A stretch of 63,561 bases of DNA, the filler included, from Octopus bimaculoides (lineage: Eukaryota), in assembly GCF_001194135.2 (NCBI RefSeq). It is 5 parts of 5 records of this genome, joined end to end, with 100 filler letters (N's around TTAATTAATTAA, not from the genome) between each part and the next. Parts side by side here need not be neighbours in the genome. Positions count along the whole stretch, not along the records: positions 19,458 to 50,874 come from NC_069005.1; 4 more parts are not named here. One strand, 5' to 3'. The position numbers and the translations under genes were made by a program. Shown piece after piece: positions 34,411 through 45,498 of the stretch (position 1 is the first letter of the stretch; each line of letters opens with the position of its first letter). The notes under the pieces are model-generated. The model was not told the DNA's origin and made no database searches. It was given only the letters and a program-made list of their open reading frames with translations.

Positions 34411-34699
34411 GAGATCAGCAGTTTAGGTGTTAGTAAGTTGGAAAAAAAAAAAAAACAAGACCCTAGTATTGCCAGGGAAATGGCTTCACCTGATATGCAT
34501 AAAAAGGGGTAGGTAGGAACTTACATATGATGTGCCTAGTGTAAACAATCCTTTCCATTATAGAGACACAGCTTGAAAGGATGAAAGGCAAAGGATGAAA
34601 GACAAAGTTGATGTTGGCAGAATTTAAACTCAAAATTGAGAGACGAATGAAATGCCGCTAAGCATTTTGTACATCGTGCTAACAATTCTGGCAACTCAT

Positions 34700-35500
34700 T
34701 TGCCTTAGCCTAGCGTAAACGATAGAAGCAGAGGAAGTGCACCGGAATCACAGGTAGGCTAACACAAAAAAAGGCTTTGTATGTGGCAGATGTACTGAAG
34801 CAGTTCATAGAAATATGTTCTATCAAATGGCTGGCTGTCTTACTACAAGTTGTTGATAGCTTCTGTTACCTAGATGACATAATTAGTTTGGGGAGATGAT
34901 TGTTCTGAAAGAATAATGGCCAGGGGCTGAATAAACTTCAAAAAAGTTTAACCCTTTAGCATTTAAACCAACCACATCCAGCCCAAATATTCTACCTGCC
35001 TTATGTTTGACCTGGTCAGGTCCTGTCTCTTGCATCTAGACAATAATGTCATTCTAAAAATAAGCAATCATATCATTGAAATCTTGAAGCTATGAGATGA
35101 TGTTTGATTAATTCAAAACAATAAGAATAAATAAAGCATTACATTTGACAGAGTAATCTGAATGCTAAAGGGTTAAGGAACGCAACGTCAATATCCTCTC
35201 ACAGTGAAGGGCAGATTGCATGAAGTTTATGGTAGAATTGTGATGCTGCATGATAGTGAGAAGTGGGCCTTGATTTACAAAATGTAGAAAGAAATGAAGC
35301 AAGCATGTTCCAGTAGATGTATAATGCTGGCCTGCATTATACATCGACTATGAGTGGAGAGAAAAGCTGGGTATAAGAGGTATCAGATGTAGTTTGCAAG
35401 AGAAAAGGGCCAAGCTGGTTTGGGGGAAGGATTGCCACATAAGGAAGTGTGATGCAGAAACTTTGGAAGAGGAAGACCAAGGAAGATGACAAATGATCAA
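34700..35500 (+). mobile_element. Degenerate RTE fragment interrupted by a MITE
   Basis: gttgttgatagcttctgttacctagatgac (VVDSFCYLD) resumes after the MITE with gtgaagggcagattg...gatagtgagaagtggg, homologous to other RTE copies. Confidence 0.65.
34952..35172. mobile_element. piggyBac-type MITE
   Basis: TTAA|CCCTTTAGCATT ... AATGCTAAAGGG|TTAA: a 12-bp perfect TIR and TTAA target duplication (34948-34951, 35173-35176). Confidence 0.9.
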
Positions 35501-36936
35501 ACTGATTGATGGAAATAAACAGTGCTGCAGAAGGCCCAACCACCCATAGTAAAATTTACACTGACACAAGGCTAGTACTTAAGAGACTGAGACATTGTGT
35601 ACCCTGCCAAAACTACATTTCCTGCCCACTCCTACCTACCTGCATCCAGGGTCCTACCCCAACTGTCTACCTATTGCTCACCCATCTCCCTATCACTCAT
35701 ATACCTCCACATCATCATCATCCTTTAATATCCATTTTCCATGCTGGCATGGGTTGGACACATAAAGTGCTGTGATTTTGGGGATTGAATTTGAAACCAC
35801 ATGGTTTGCAAAATGAGCTTCTTAACCATAATGATAAACAAATCCCTGAATAATTATTGTGTGTGTATATCATTCATTCACTTTACTGTCCATTTTTCTC
35901 TGCTGAAATGCTTAGCAACATTTCATCTGTCTGCATGTTCTGAGTTCAAATTCTGCCGAGATCAATTTTGCCTTTCATCCTTTTTTGAGTCAGGAAAATA
36001 AGTGCCAGTTGAGTATGGGGGTTGATGTAATAGACTTACTCACTCCCCTAAAATTGCTGGCCCTGTGCCAAAATTTGAAACTAATAATTTATATCTTGAT
36101 GCTCTTGTTTTCTGAGTTGCAGCTTGAACAAATATCTTATAGCCTTGGGCTAACCAATACTTTGTGAGAGGCATTGGTAGACAGAGACTCCATGGAAGCC
36201 TGTCACATTTGTATAAGAAAGTATGGAAGTTGACATCTATTATTCTTTCTTCCAGATTATTTAAGTAAAATAAACAAAAACATTGTGTTCTTGTGTTTAC
36301 ATTCCCAGTGAACATTATGTCTTGTAGCTCTGCATGCTCAAAGAAAAGGAGTAAAACAAAAATCCCATACTTGTAACACAAGCAAAGGTTGGTGACAGGA
36401 AAAGTACCCAGCCATAAGATATTGGTTTCAAATTTTGGCACAAGGCCAGTAATTTCAGAGGAGTGGGTAAGTTGATTACATCAATCCCAGTACTCAAGTG
36501 GTACTTATTTTAACGACTGCAAAAGGCTGAAAGGCAAAATTGACCTCGGCAATATTTGAACACAGAACATGAAGACAAACAAAATATTGCTTAGCATTTT
36601 GCTCAGCGTGCTACGACTGATCTGCCAGCTTATCAATCTTATCCAGCCACAAGATATTGTCTCAAATAAGCACCTGTCCAACTTGTGCTGGCATAGAAAA
36701 TCATCATTGTTTAACATCCAATTTTCCTAGGTATGGGTTGGATGGTTTGATAGTAGCTGAAGAGCTTTGGAGACTATACCAAGCCCCAATGTCTGCTCTG
36801 GTATGGTTTCTACAGCTCAATGTCCTTCCTAAAGCTAACCTCTACACAGAGTATACTAGGTGCTTTTTACATGGCACCAGCACTAGTGAGGTTATTAGTA
36901 ATTTGCAAGACAAGATCCGTCACAACTGAAGTATCC

Positions 36937-37049
36937 TCAGCTTTCTGTTCTTTCTGTTCATGTTTCTGGAGAAGCCAAGTGACAAACTTACAATGCTGAC
37001 AGTTCAAATACTTCAGACCTTCACAGAAAAGACAAACTTCCTGCTCTCA
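36937..37049 (-). pseudogene. Decayed duplicate of the last zinc fingers of the adjacent gene
   Basis: Aligns to 37965-38057 plus 38112-38145 (GLKYLNCQHC(N/K)FVTW...LQKHEQ), with an approximately 54-bp internal deletion and smaller indels. Confidence 0.85.
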
Positions 37050-37474
37050 CGTTTTTGAGGGAGGTGGGTTTTTTTGGCCAGTGATGAGAGGTTAAAGTGA
37101 CTGATGGACAGAAACAGGTGTCTTGCAGCAGAGGAGATATATAGCTACCCCGATTGGAAAAGGAAGGAAGATAGCGAAGAGATGTCAGCACATACCCTTA
37201 AGTTACAGGAAGGTGAATATAAGAGAAACTGGTTCAGAGGATTGGACGGAATGAATGGAACAAAAAGACAAACAAAAAAAAAAAGGAACATTAAAACAAA
37301 TGAATGAAAACAATTATGTGTAGCTGGGCTACACATAAAAGATTTTAAAAAAAAAAAAAAAAAACCAAGATGTGAGCATTAAAACTGCTTACCTTTTCAA
37401 TGGCCTGAAGGAGTCTCTTCATATATTCCAAGACAGTGAAATATAAATATACAGATAAAGAAATAATTCAAATT

Positions 37475-40400
37475 CTAGCTTGTTTGGTCGTTGGTTAGGG
37501 TTGATTCTGATGGAGTCTGTTGAAAGAGAGAGAGCAATATTCTCGACACGTCTGCACGACTTTCAGCCAGATTGTTAGCATCTTTAGTATTGTTCTTTTT
37601 CTTGGTGCCTATTCTTGGCAACCGAGGTACAGACTTCTTTTGTGGGCTTTTGTTTTTCTTCCACACTTTTCTTTTATGTTGAACCGAAGACTTTTTACTG
37701 AGCTTTTTCGTAACCTCTTCTGGCTCCTTTCCTTTCCGCTTGCATCCAGCTGTAGTTGCATCTCCTGCAGACAGTGTCATAACCACAGTCGGGAGATGAG
37801 TCTGTTCAGGAGCATTTTTCTCCAAGCATCCATTTACACTTGGTGAAACTGGTTGAGGGCCATTTCTAGACAAGCTTGTATCACAAGCATAGTTAGGTCT
37901 AGTAGAATCTATCCCATGAGATTTCTGCATAGCCAACCCCACATCCTCTGAGTTGGCATGCTCTTCAGCTTTATGTTCTTCTTGTTCATGTTTCTGGAGA
38001 CAAGAAGAAAACCAAGTGACAAAGTTACAATGCTGACAATTCAAATACTTCAGTCCTACATGAACACGCCAAATATGAATTTTACAATCAACCCTCTGCT
38101 TGCAAGAATGCTCACAGAAAGGACAAATAAACTTTCCACTCTCATCTCGAATAATAGACTCCTCGATTAGTGTCACGTCTTTTTCTTTGATAGATTTTTT
38201 CAGTTCTTGATTATGACTTAAAACCATGTGTATGATTAATTCCATTTTCTTCTTATAGGAAAATGAACATAATTTACAAGTCTTTTTAGAAGGGACTTTT
38301 ACTGATTTTTTCTTTTTTTTACTTTTTACAGGGCTAACCTCCTTTCCATCTGAACCTGGGGCTTTCTTATTTCCAGCTGTCATTTCACCAGACTCGTCTT
38401 CTGTGGACTTCCTTCTCTCTGAATCTGATAAAGGCCTTGTCATATTTACAAGTGGCTTGCCATTATCACCCATTGTAATTAACGGTAGTGGAAGAGGTTT
38501 AATGTTATGGTCTTTGAATTTATGCTTACGCCAGCAGTGAGAGCGTATCTTAGAAAGAGAGTAAAAACGGACACCACAGTCCATACAGTTCCAAAGAGGC
38601 CAACGGAAATGGTCACTGAGTAAATGCAAATGAATCTTATATACAGTGCTGAAAATTGTAGAACACAACAAACACTTATATTTCCCCTGTTCGGTGGTAA
38701 AACATATTTTCAGTCGGCTGTTCAACATTGGTCCTCCAAGGCTTATTTCATTAAACCAAGTTTCCTTGATGTTTGGTGATGATGGCTCAATAGAAGCCTC
38801 CTCCTCTGTTAATTTCTCATTATCAAGGCTGGGTGCGTTCTCATCAATATTCAAAGCAGCTGCCTCTTGGCAATCTGCTGAAGAAATGGCAGAACTACTA
38901 TTTACTTGGCAGCTGTTCTCAATTTCATTGAATAATTGGAACACATTTCGCTCTTTGTAAGGAGGAGATGTTACTTTGGGAGAAGCTGAGGTGCTTTTGT
39001 CCTTATTTTCAGATTTCGAAATCACAGAATTGTCAACTCTTTTAAGAACAATTTTTAGTTTGCGGACTGGCGGTTTCCCTGTAGCTTTTGTTTTATCTTT
39101 CCCAGTCTTGCGCTTGTTTGAATTAGCATTTTTTCTTTGCTTTGCTTTACGAGCTGTCGATTTCCCTAATAATCTCTCTTCTCCTTGAATAGATTTCTGG
39201 TTTAACCTGACAGTATCATCCATGCAACTCGGTTTTGCAGCAGTTAATTCCTTTGCAGATTCTTTACCCATTTCATTACTTTCATCAGTTTTATCTTTAT
39301 TACTGAACGAGTGACTAGTATCAAATATTTCTTCATGTATAGAATTGTCTGTAGATTCTGCAGTTTTTGTGGCTTTTGAAGAATCTGAATTGCTCTCAGG
39401 TCTGGCCAGTTTTTCATTGGCCTTATGTGCAGTTCTTTTATCCGTATCTTTTGCTAATGGTACAGCAGCATTTAATTTTTTCTCAGCACAGATTATTTGA
39501 CTGGAGACAATGATCTGCCGTGGCTTCTCAGAGTGCTTCAATCGAATGTGGTTGAGTATACGGATTCGACTGGTGTCCCTGGCATTGCAATGTGGGCAGT
39601 GGATGAATTTGAGCAGATTGGATTCAAAGTGTTTAATGAGACTATTAACATTGGGATGACCCACTTTACAATATCTACATGAATATGTAGATTTCGATTG
39701 ATGACAAAACTGGAGATGGTTTGAGAATTCAGTGCGAAGATTTGTTCCAAACTTGCAACTGAGAATACTGCACTGGTATAATAGAAACATCTTATTAGTT
39801 GCATGCAAATCCATGTGCTGCAATAATTTCTCACTGGTTTCTGTTTGAATGCTGCAATGAGCACAGGGGTATATGGCAGCATCGGAGTGGACTTGTGTAA
39901 AATGTTTTGAAAAGGGTTCAGGTGTCAAGCTGGAAAACTTGCAATCTTTTGAACCACAAACATAAAAGCCACCAACAGAAGAATGTTCAATGACAGATTT
40001 TGCCTCACAGCCTAAAGATTGATCATCTGTAATTGCTCCCCTGCTTTCTATGCCATTGGTAGAAGTAAGGTGTACACTGTCACTTACACCATTAGTGGAA
40101 ACCAGATTGTAAGGGTCTTCTGTTGGAGTAGCAGTGGGAGTCTGAACACTGTCTTGTTCTGTAGTATTTGGTGAAGTCCTAATACTTTCTGTTATTGAAG
40201 TGGTTGAGGGAGCAGGAATGGATGTAGTGTTAATTGCTAATGTATAAGGGGGTGAATTATGGACACCATCTGCTGCATAAAAGCCAGATTCTATGTGAGG
40301 AGTGGAAGGAGTATGGGTAGTGGTGTCCTTTGCTGATGTAGCAGCAGCAGTACAAGTACTGACTTGTGTAAGGTTTGTGGCAGACGAGCAAACACTATTC

Positions 40401-43400
40401 TCTTCTAAGACAGTGGGAAATGTCTTGGAACTGTTTCCTTCTTCAGTCACAGGTGAGCAAACACTGTCTTCTGTCAGTGTAGTAGTTGAAATACTGGTAC
40501 TGCTTCCATATCCATTTTCTTTATATGCTGTCACAGCTGTACTAGAAGTAGTGTTATTAGTAGCAGCAGTGAGAGGAGGTGTTGTCTCTTGTTGACTCGA
40601 TGCAGTATCAGCAGATGTAGAACTGTCAAATGATACGGAGGAAGCAGATTGCCGAAGCAACATTTCGTTGTCATCAATATCATCAATCACTATTACAGTA
40701 TCAGAGTCAGAATTTTCAGCAGTGAAATCTATGTGACTTTCTAAATTTACCTTGGGTTTTGCTGGTTTCAGGTAATAGGTCTGTACTTTAAATGTAGTTT
40801 TTCCAGAAGACTCTTTCTTCCAATGAATTTCAACAGTTTTCGTCATCTTATCACTGTCGGGCAGGCAAAGCATGATGTTTCTCAAGATTGGACAATCAAA
40901 AGTCTGCTCGTCTCCATGTGAGCAGAGCTTCTTCAACACATGGAAATGCCACATAATGTGAGATTTGAAATGAGTTAGCACTATGAAATGTTTACTACAG
41001 TCTAAACATATGTACTGATCAGATTTACAAATGAATGACATTTTTTCAAAGCCTTCAAATGAACTTTTCTTGTCGTTTGGGTCTGTTTCAGAATTTGATT
41101 GACTCGGAACATTATCGACTTCGGTTAAGTTATCTGGAGCAGATTTCTTTTGAGAAAGAGGGGTACAAGAAGGAGATTGGTGCTTCTCTTTGTCTAACGC
41201 AGCATTTGAACTGAAGCCTCGCACATCACTCAAAGCAGGTTTATCATTGTGCTTTTCACCACTTGAATTTTCTTCTGTGTTTCTGGTCTTTTTTAAACAA
41301 GTAAGTGAAACAACTTCAGGAGACGTGGTTTTAAGTCGAATCAGGTTTCTGCTGCCTTTTTCGAAGTCCATGCAAACGCCACCATCCTTTGAAGCTGGGC
41401 TAAGACGACCACTAAGATTTAGCTGGGCATCAGTTTTATCTTTGTTACAACGATTCATAAAATGTACGGAAAAGTGTGTCTTCCCACTAGGAAGCACTTC
41501 CCAGCTTATGAAGAAAGGAATCTGAACGTTAAAACTGCTGTCCAAAACTGGAATGCATGGTAAAACATTATTTAAAACTGGACAAGACCGCTTGGTTAAA
41601 CAATTAGGGTACGTACAAAGATGATCATGTGAATGGAAATGCCAGAGTAGATGAGATATCAGCAAGTCATGAGAATACATTTCTTCTTTACAATTTAAAC
41701 ATTCATAAATATTTTGACATAAGATAATAGTGATAACACCTTTAGACTTCCTTCCTGTGTAGGGAATAGTTTTGTCCGAGTGAGTTATCAAGGAACTTAA
41801 ATCGGATGAGTTAAAAACAGGCAAATGCTCTTGAGCAGAAACCAAACGAGGAGAGACGGTATCTTTGATGTTGATTTTTCTCACTGAGTATCCAGAGTGA
41901 CCATCATTTGGGATTATTTTACAGACATCAACTGGCTCAGCAGTATTTCCTTCCATAGTTACATATACTGTGAAAGTGGCATTGTGCTTCTCATCTATTT
42001 TCCAGCACACTTTCAGCTGCTTCTTCACAGCATTATCCTCCGAGAGACACAGTACAATGTAAGCCATTAAACAACAAGTTCTCCCTGGTCTTTTTTCAGT
42101 CGGGCTATCCAAATAGTCACATTGATCCATGCACGGAGAGCAAAGTGCTAACTGACATTCTAAATGCCATAAAACATGAGCATAAAATGATTTAGTTGAT
42201 TCATAATTACTGTTGCAATCCTGACAAAAATATATACCATGAGTTCCACTGAATATCAACTGATTTTGCTCTACGTTGAGGAATGTGTGATAAGAGTTTT
42301 GTGAATAGTTTTTGGGCAAAGAGGCTTCAGTGTTTCCATATACTGATATGCTTTTAGAGTCAGAAAAGAGATTTATCTTGTGGGCACTATTGATAGATAA
42401 ATTAAGTGGAGCATCATCTGAAAGGGTGAAAGCCTGATCAGTTGTCTCCATTGGTTTATTTGTTTTGCCATTGTCATATAGACCAGCTACGTTACCAACA
42501 CCATGTTCCAATACAGAAGAGGAAATGATTTGCTTTGACTTCAATTTTTCCCAGCAATAATAATCAGAATTATTAAGTTGTTGTGATGCTGTATTCTTAT
42601 GAGGACCGTTTCCAGAAATATGGGACATTTTCTCAAGACCAAACACAGAGTTTGTCTCTAAAGATATAGAAGAATCTGAAGCAGAAGAGATTAGTAGCCG
42701 AACTATTTTAGAAACAGTTGGACATTTTGATTTCTCACTCAGAGAGTTGCAGTAGGGACAAAGATAATCTTTTAATGTGTTTCCATGAAGATGCCACCAA
42801 AGGTGTTTACGGAAAAGAGAAGCGCCACAAAATTTTTTCAGACATTTTAAGCAGATAAAACTATTTTTCACATAAATGAAAGAGACTTTGCGTTGTATTT
42901 TCTGCAAAGAAAAATCATCTCCAATATACGTGGTGGAATCAGGTGACATGTTTGGTTGAACCGAAGAGTCTTGCGACTTGCGTACAAATCTATCTTTACA
43001 TCCTTTGACATTGTCTTCTTTCTTTGCCAATTCAGGAACTGAAATGCTTGATTTTTTAACCATGCCACCAGTTATGTCTTTGCTTGCTTCCGTTGGTAGC
43101 TCGGTAGTTTCGGTTAACTTTGTTTCCATGTTACATACATCGGCAGAGTTTGGATGCTTTTCAGTCTGTTTTGCCTCTGTTTCCATTCTGCTTTCATCAA
43201 TGTATAACTTTGGTTTCAATCTGATGTCTCTGTCACCATCATCATCAGCATCATCATCATCATTGTTGTCATCATCGTTGTTGTTGTTCTTGTCGTTATC
43301 CTTCTCATTATCCGTTTTAGTATTTTCAACCTGAGTTTTATGAGCATTTATAATATGAGAATATCTTCTCTTCTTAATTGCATTTGTAGAATTGTATATG

Positions 43401-43570
43401 CTGCTAACTTCCTTCTTTTTTCCAACAGTCACACAACTTGAAATAACATTGGTCAACTTAGTAATAGAACTAACAGGAGGTCTTGTTTTCATTTTGACTT
43501 TGATGGCATCAGGTTCAGTGTTACCATCTTTTTCTATCTTATCTGCAGCAGACTGGAGAACATCCATCAT
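37475..43570 (-). CDS. 2031-aa multi-C2H2 zinc-finger protein, single uninterrupted ORF
   Basis: 6.1-kb open frame with an in-frame TAG 12 nt upstream of the ATG. About 14 CxxC...HxxxH fingers (four dispersed HxxWH-type, a five-finger cluster at about 39500-39970, five C-terminal), an S/T-rich linker and Lys-rich NLS-like stretches. No orthologue recognised. Confidence 0.93.
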   Translation of the reverse strand: MMDVLQSAADKIEKDGNTEPDAIKVKMKTRPPVSSITKLTNVISSCVTVGKKKEVSSIYNSTNAIKKRRYSHIINAHKTQVENTKTDNEKDNDKNNNNDDDNNDDDDADDDGDRDIRLKPKLYIDESRMETEAKQTEKHPNSADVCNMETKLTETTELPTEASKDITGGMVKKSSISVPELAKKEDNVKGCKDRFVRKSQDSSVQPNMSPDSTTYIGDDFSLQKIQRKVSFIYVKNSFICLKCLKKFCGASLFRKHLWWHLHGNTLKDYLCPYCNSLSEKSKCPTVSKIVRLLISSASDSSISLETNSVFGLEKMSHISGNGPHKNTASQQLNNSDYYCWEKLKSKQIISSSVLEHGVGNVAGLYDNGKTNKPMETTDQAFTLSDDAPLNLSINSAHKINLFSDSKSISVYGNTEASLPKNYSQNSYHTFLNVEQNQLIFSGTHGIYFCQDCNSNYESTKSFYAHVLWHLECQLALCSPCMDQCDYLDSPTEKRPGRTCCLMAYIVLCLSEDNAVKKQLKVCWKIDEKHNATFTVYVTMEGNTAEPVDVCKIIPNDGHSGYSVRKINIKDTVSPRLVSAQEHLPVFNSSDLSSLITHSDKTIPYTGRKSKGVITIILCQNIYECLNCKEEMYSHDLLISHLLWHFHSHDHLCTYPNCLTKRSCPVLNNVLPCIPVLDSSFNVQIPFFISWEVLPSGKTHFSVHFMNRCNKDKTDAQLNLSGRLSPASKDGGVCMDFEKGSRNLIRLKTTSPEVVSLTCLKKTRNTEENSSGEKHNDKPALSDVRGFSSNAALDKEKHQSPSCTPLSQKKSAPDNLTEVDNVPSQSNSETDPNDKKSSFEGFEKMSFICKSDQYICLDCSKHFIVLTHFKSHIMWHFHVLKKLCSHGDEQTFDCPILRNIMLCLPDSDKMTKTVEIHWKKESSGKTTFKVQTYYLKPAKPKVNLESHIDFTAENSDSDTVIVIDDIDDNEMLLRQSASSVSFDSSTSADTASSQQETTPPLTAATNNTTSSTAVTAYKENGYGSSTSISTTTLTEDSVCSPVTEEGNSSKTFPTVLEENSVCSSATNLTQVSTCTAAATSAKDTTTHTPSTPHIESGFYAADGVHNSPPYTLAINTTSIPAPSTTSITESIRTSPNTTEQDSVQTPTATPTEDPYNLVSTNGVSDSVHLTSTNGIESRGAITDDQSLGCEAKSVIEHSSVGGFYVCGSKDCKFSSLTPEPFSKHFTQVHSDAAIYPCAHCSIQTETSEKLLQHMDLHATNKMFLLYQCSILSCKFGTNLRTEFSNHLQFCHQSKSTYSCRYCKVGHPNVNSLIKHFESNLLKFIHCPHCNARDTSRIRILNHIRLKHSEKPRQIIVSSQIICAEKKLNAAVPLAKDTDKRTAHKANEKLARPESNSDSSKATKTAESTDNSIHEEIFDTSHSFSNKDKTDESNEMGKESAKELTAAKPSCMDDTVRLNQKSIQGEERLLGKSTARKAKQRKNANSNKRKTGKDKTKATGKPPVRKLKIVLKRVDNSVISKSENKDKSTSASPKVTSPPYKERNVFQLFNEIENSCQVNSSSAISSADCQEAAALNIDENAPSLDNEKLTEEEASIEPSSPNIKETWFNEISLGGPMLNSRLKICFTTEQGKYKCLLCSTIFSTVYKIHLHLLSDHFRWPLWNCMDCGVRFYSLSKIRSHCWRKHKFKDHNIKPLPLPLITMGDNGKPLVNMTRPLSDSERRKSTEDESGEMTAGNKKAPGSDGKEVSPVKSKKKKKSVKVPSKKTCKLCSFSYKKKMELIIHMVLSHNQELKKSIKEKDVTLIEESIIRDESGKFICPFCEHSCKQRVDCKIHIWRVHVGLKYLNCQHCNFVTWFSSCLQKHEQEEHKAEEHANSEDVGLAMQKSHGIDSTRPNYACDTSLSRNGPQPVSPSVNGCLEKNAPEQTHLPTVVMTLSAGDATTAGCKRKGKEPEEVTKKLSKKSSVQHKRKVWKKNKSPQKKSVPRLPRIGTKKKNNTKDANNLAESRADVSRILLSLFQQTPSESTLTNDQTS

Positions 43571-43990
43571 ATCTATACTCTAGCCAGTTGATTCACTGTT
43601 TACATAACTAAAGTGAAACCAGCCTTGAAGTTTAATCTCTAGACACACTTTAAATCCATGTTAACACAAGTCACAAACTGCTGTGTCAGACTATGATTAT
43701 AAGGAAAAAAGACGAGGGGGGGGGGGATACTATTCCTTTTTCAAAGCTGCTTGCTCTAATGTTTGCTTGTGGACTCAACAGTTATTACTGGGTACTAAAT
43801 ACTTTCTTTGAGCGATAAAAATTTTTACTTTTCCTTTTTTTTGTTGTTGTTGTTGTTTTGTTTTGTTTTTGTTAATGAAATTAAGAAATATGTTCTCTAA
43901 TGGAAGTCTTTTAATATCGAAGTTCCAGGTTCCAGAGAAGTGAAGTCAAATATCCAGGGTTGTGTCCAATTTCAAATGATCTTTCATAAT
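43571..43990 (-). other. 5'-UTR part of the large zinc-finger exon
   Basis: Strong acceptor ttgttttttttctctttctgtattttctAG (43992-43991). Contains upstream ATGs, e.g. a uORF MKDHLKLDTTLDI*. Confidence 0.6.
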
Positions 43991-44119
43991 CTAGAAAATA
44001 CAGAAAGAGAAAAAAAACAATATAATGAAAATCAAAAGATAAAATGAACATATCAAAAATTACACTACAATGAAAATTTACTGCCTAATAACAGATTTTA
44101 TCCTTAATAATATGAATAA

Positions 44120-44335
44120 GGCAGCATGCAGGCAGAATTGTTAGCATGCCAGAAAAAATGTTCATCAGCATTTCTTCCAGCTGCTTATGTTCTGAGTTCA
44201 AATGCTGCTGAAGTCAACTTTGCCTTTCATCCTTTTAGGGTTAATAAAATAGGTATCAGTTGAGCACTGCAGTTGATGTAATCGACTACTCCCTATCTTC
44301 AAAATTGCTGGCCACATGCCTAAAATTAGAAAAAA
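44120..44335 (+). mobile_element. SINE family B
   Basis: aaggcagcatgcaggcagaattgttagcatgcc...ctgagttcaaatgc...ctttgcctttcatcc. Confidence 0.8.
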
Positions 44336-44351
44336 ATAATTAATAATATAG

Positions 44352-44705
44352 GTGTAGGAGTGGCTGTGTGGTAAGTAACTTGCTTACGAACCACATGGTT
44401 CCAGGCTCAGTCCCACTGCGTGGCACCTTGGGCAAGTGTTTTCTACTATAGCCTTGGGCCGACCAAAGCCTTGTGAGTGGATTTGGTAGACGGAAACTGA
44501 AAGAAGCCCGTCNNNNNNNNNNGCTTGACAACCGATGCTGGTGTGTTTATGTCCCCGTAACTTAGCAGTTCGGCAAAAGAGACCGATAGAATAAGTACTA
44601 GGCTTCCAAAGAATAAGTCCTGGGGTTGATTTGCTCGACTAAAGGCGGTGCTCCAGCATGGCCACAGTAAAATTACTGAAACAAGTAAAAGAGTAAAGAG
44701 AGAAT
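44352..44705 (+). mobile_element. SINE family A, near full length
   Basis: ggtgtaggagtggctgtgtggtaag...ggcaccttgggcaagtg...[gap at internal microsatellite]...gaaacaagtaaaagagtaaag. Confidence 0.88.
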
Positions 44706-44986
44706 ATGGGTAAAGTGGTGGATTGGCAGATTTAGCAATTGCTCAGCAACATTTCATCCAGCTCTTTACATTCAAAATCAAGTTCAAATTCAACTTTGCC
44801 TTTCATCCTTTCAGGATCAATAAAATATAGTACCAGTCAAGTACTGAGATTGATACGATCAACTAATCCCTGACTATGTTAGAAATTATTATTATAAAAA
44901 CCAAAAGCCAAGCCAACTATCAGCTGATAAGTTCTGGGGTTTCAATTAGTTTGTTAAGATTCCAGTCATCTTTTTTTCATTTAGAC

Positions 44987-45333
44987 CAGGGGTTCTCAAG
45001 CATTTTTTATCTATGGACTCCTTTGATTACTATTTTATTCTGGTGGACCTCCATCACCATTTAAAGTTTAAAGACTAGTTTTACAGAAACTTCTTTCAAA
45101 ATTCCTATTATGTTTTAAACACATTAATTTGTGTCGTTTGAACTCTGTAAAATGTTATAGAAAGAAACCAAGCTGTTTTTTTGCAATACATACAAATACA
45201 TCTAAAGCAAAAATTTTTCAGGAGGCCCTTAAAATACTATTCTGGATCCCTGATTTACTATTTTGTTGCGGGGACACCCAAAAATCTTATGTGGATCCTC
45301 GGGGGCCATATGGACCCTGGTTGAGAACCACTG
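44987..45333. mobile_element. hAT (Charlie-like) MITE
   Basis: TIRs CAGGGGTTCTCAA / TTGAGAACCACTG with a perfect 8-bp TSD atttagac (44979-44986 and 45334-45341). Confidence 0.92.
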
Positions 45334-45442
45334 ATTTAGACAATTAACACTAGAAGTACTAAAAGGTCATTTATGACTGCTTTTGCTTTTTACTTTCTAT
45401 AACTGTATTGAATGAGCAATCACGAGTATCATTTTATATAGT

Positions 45443-45498
<56 letters not shown>

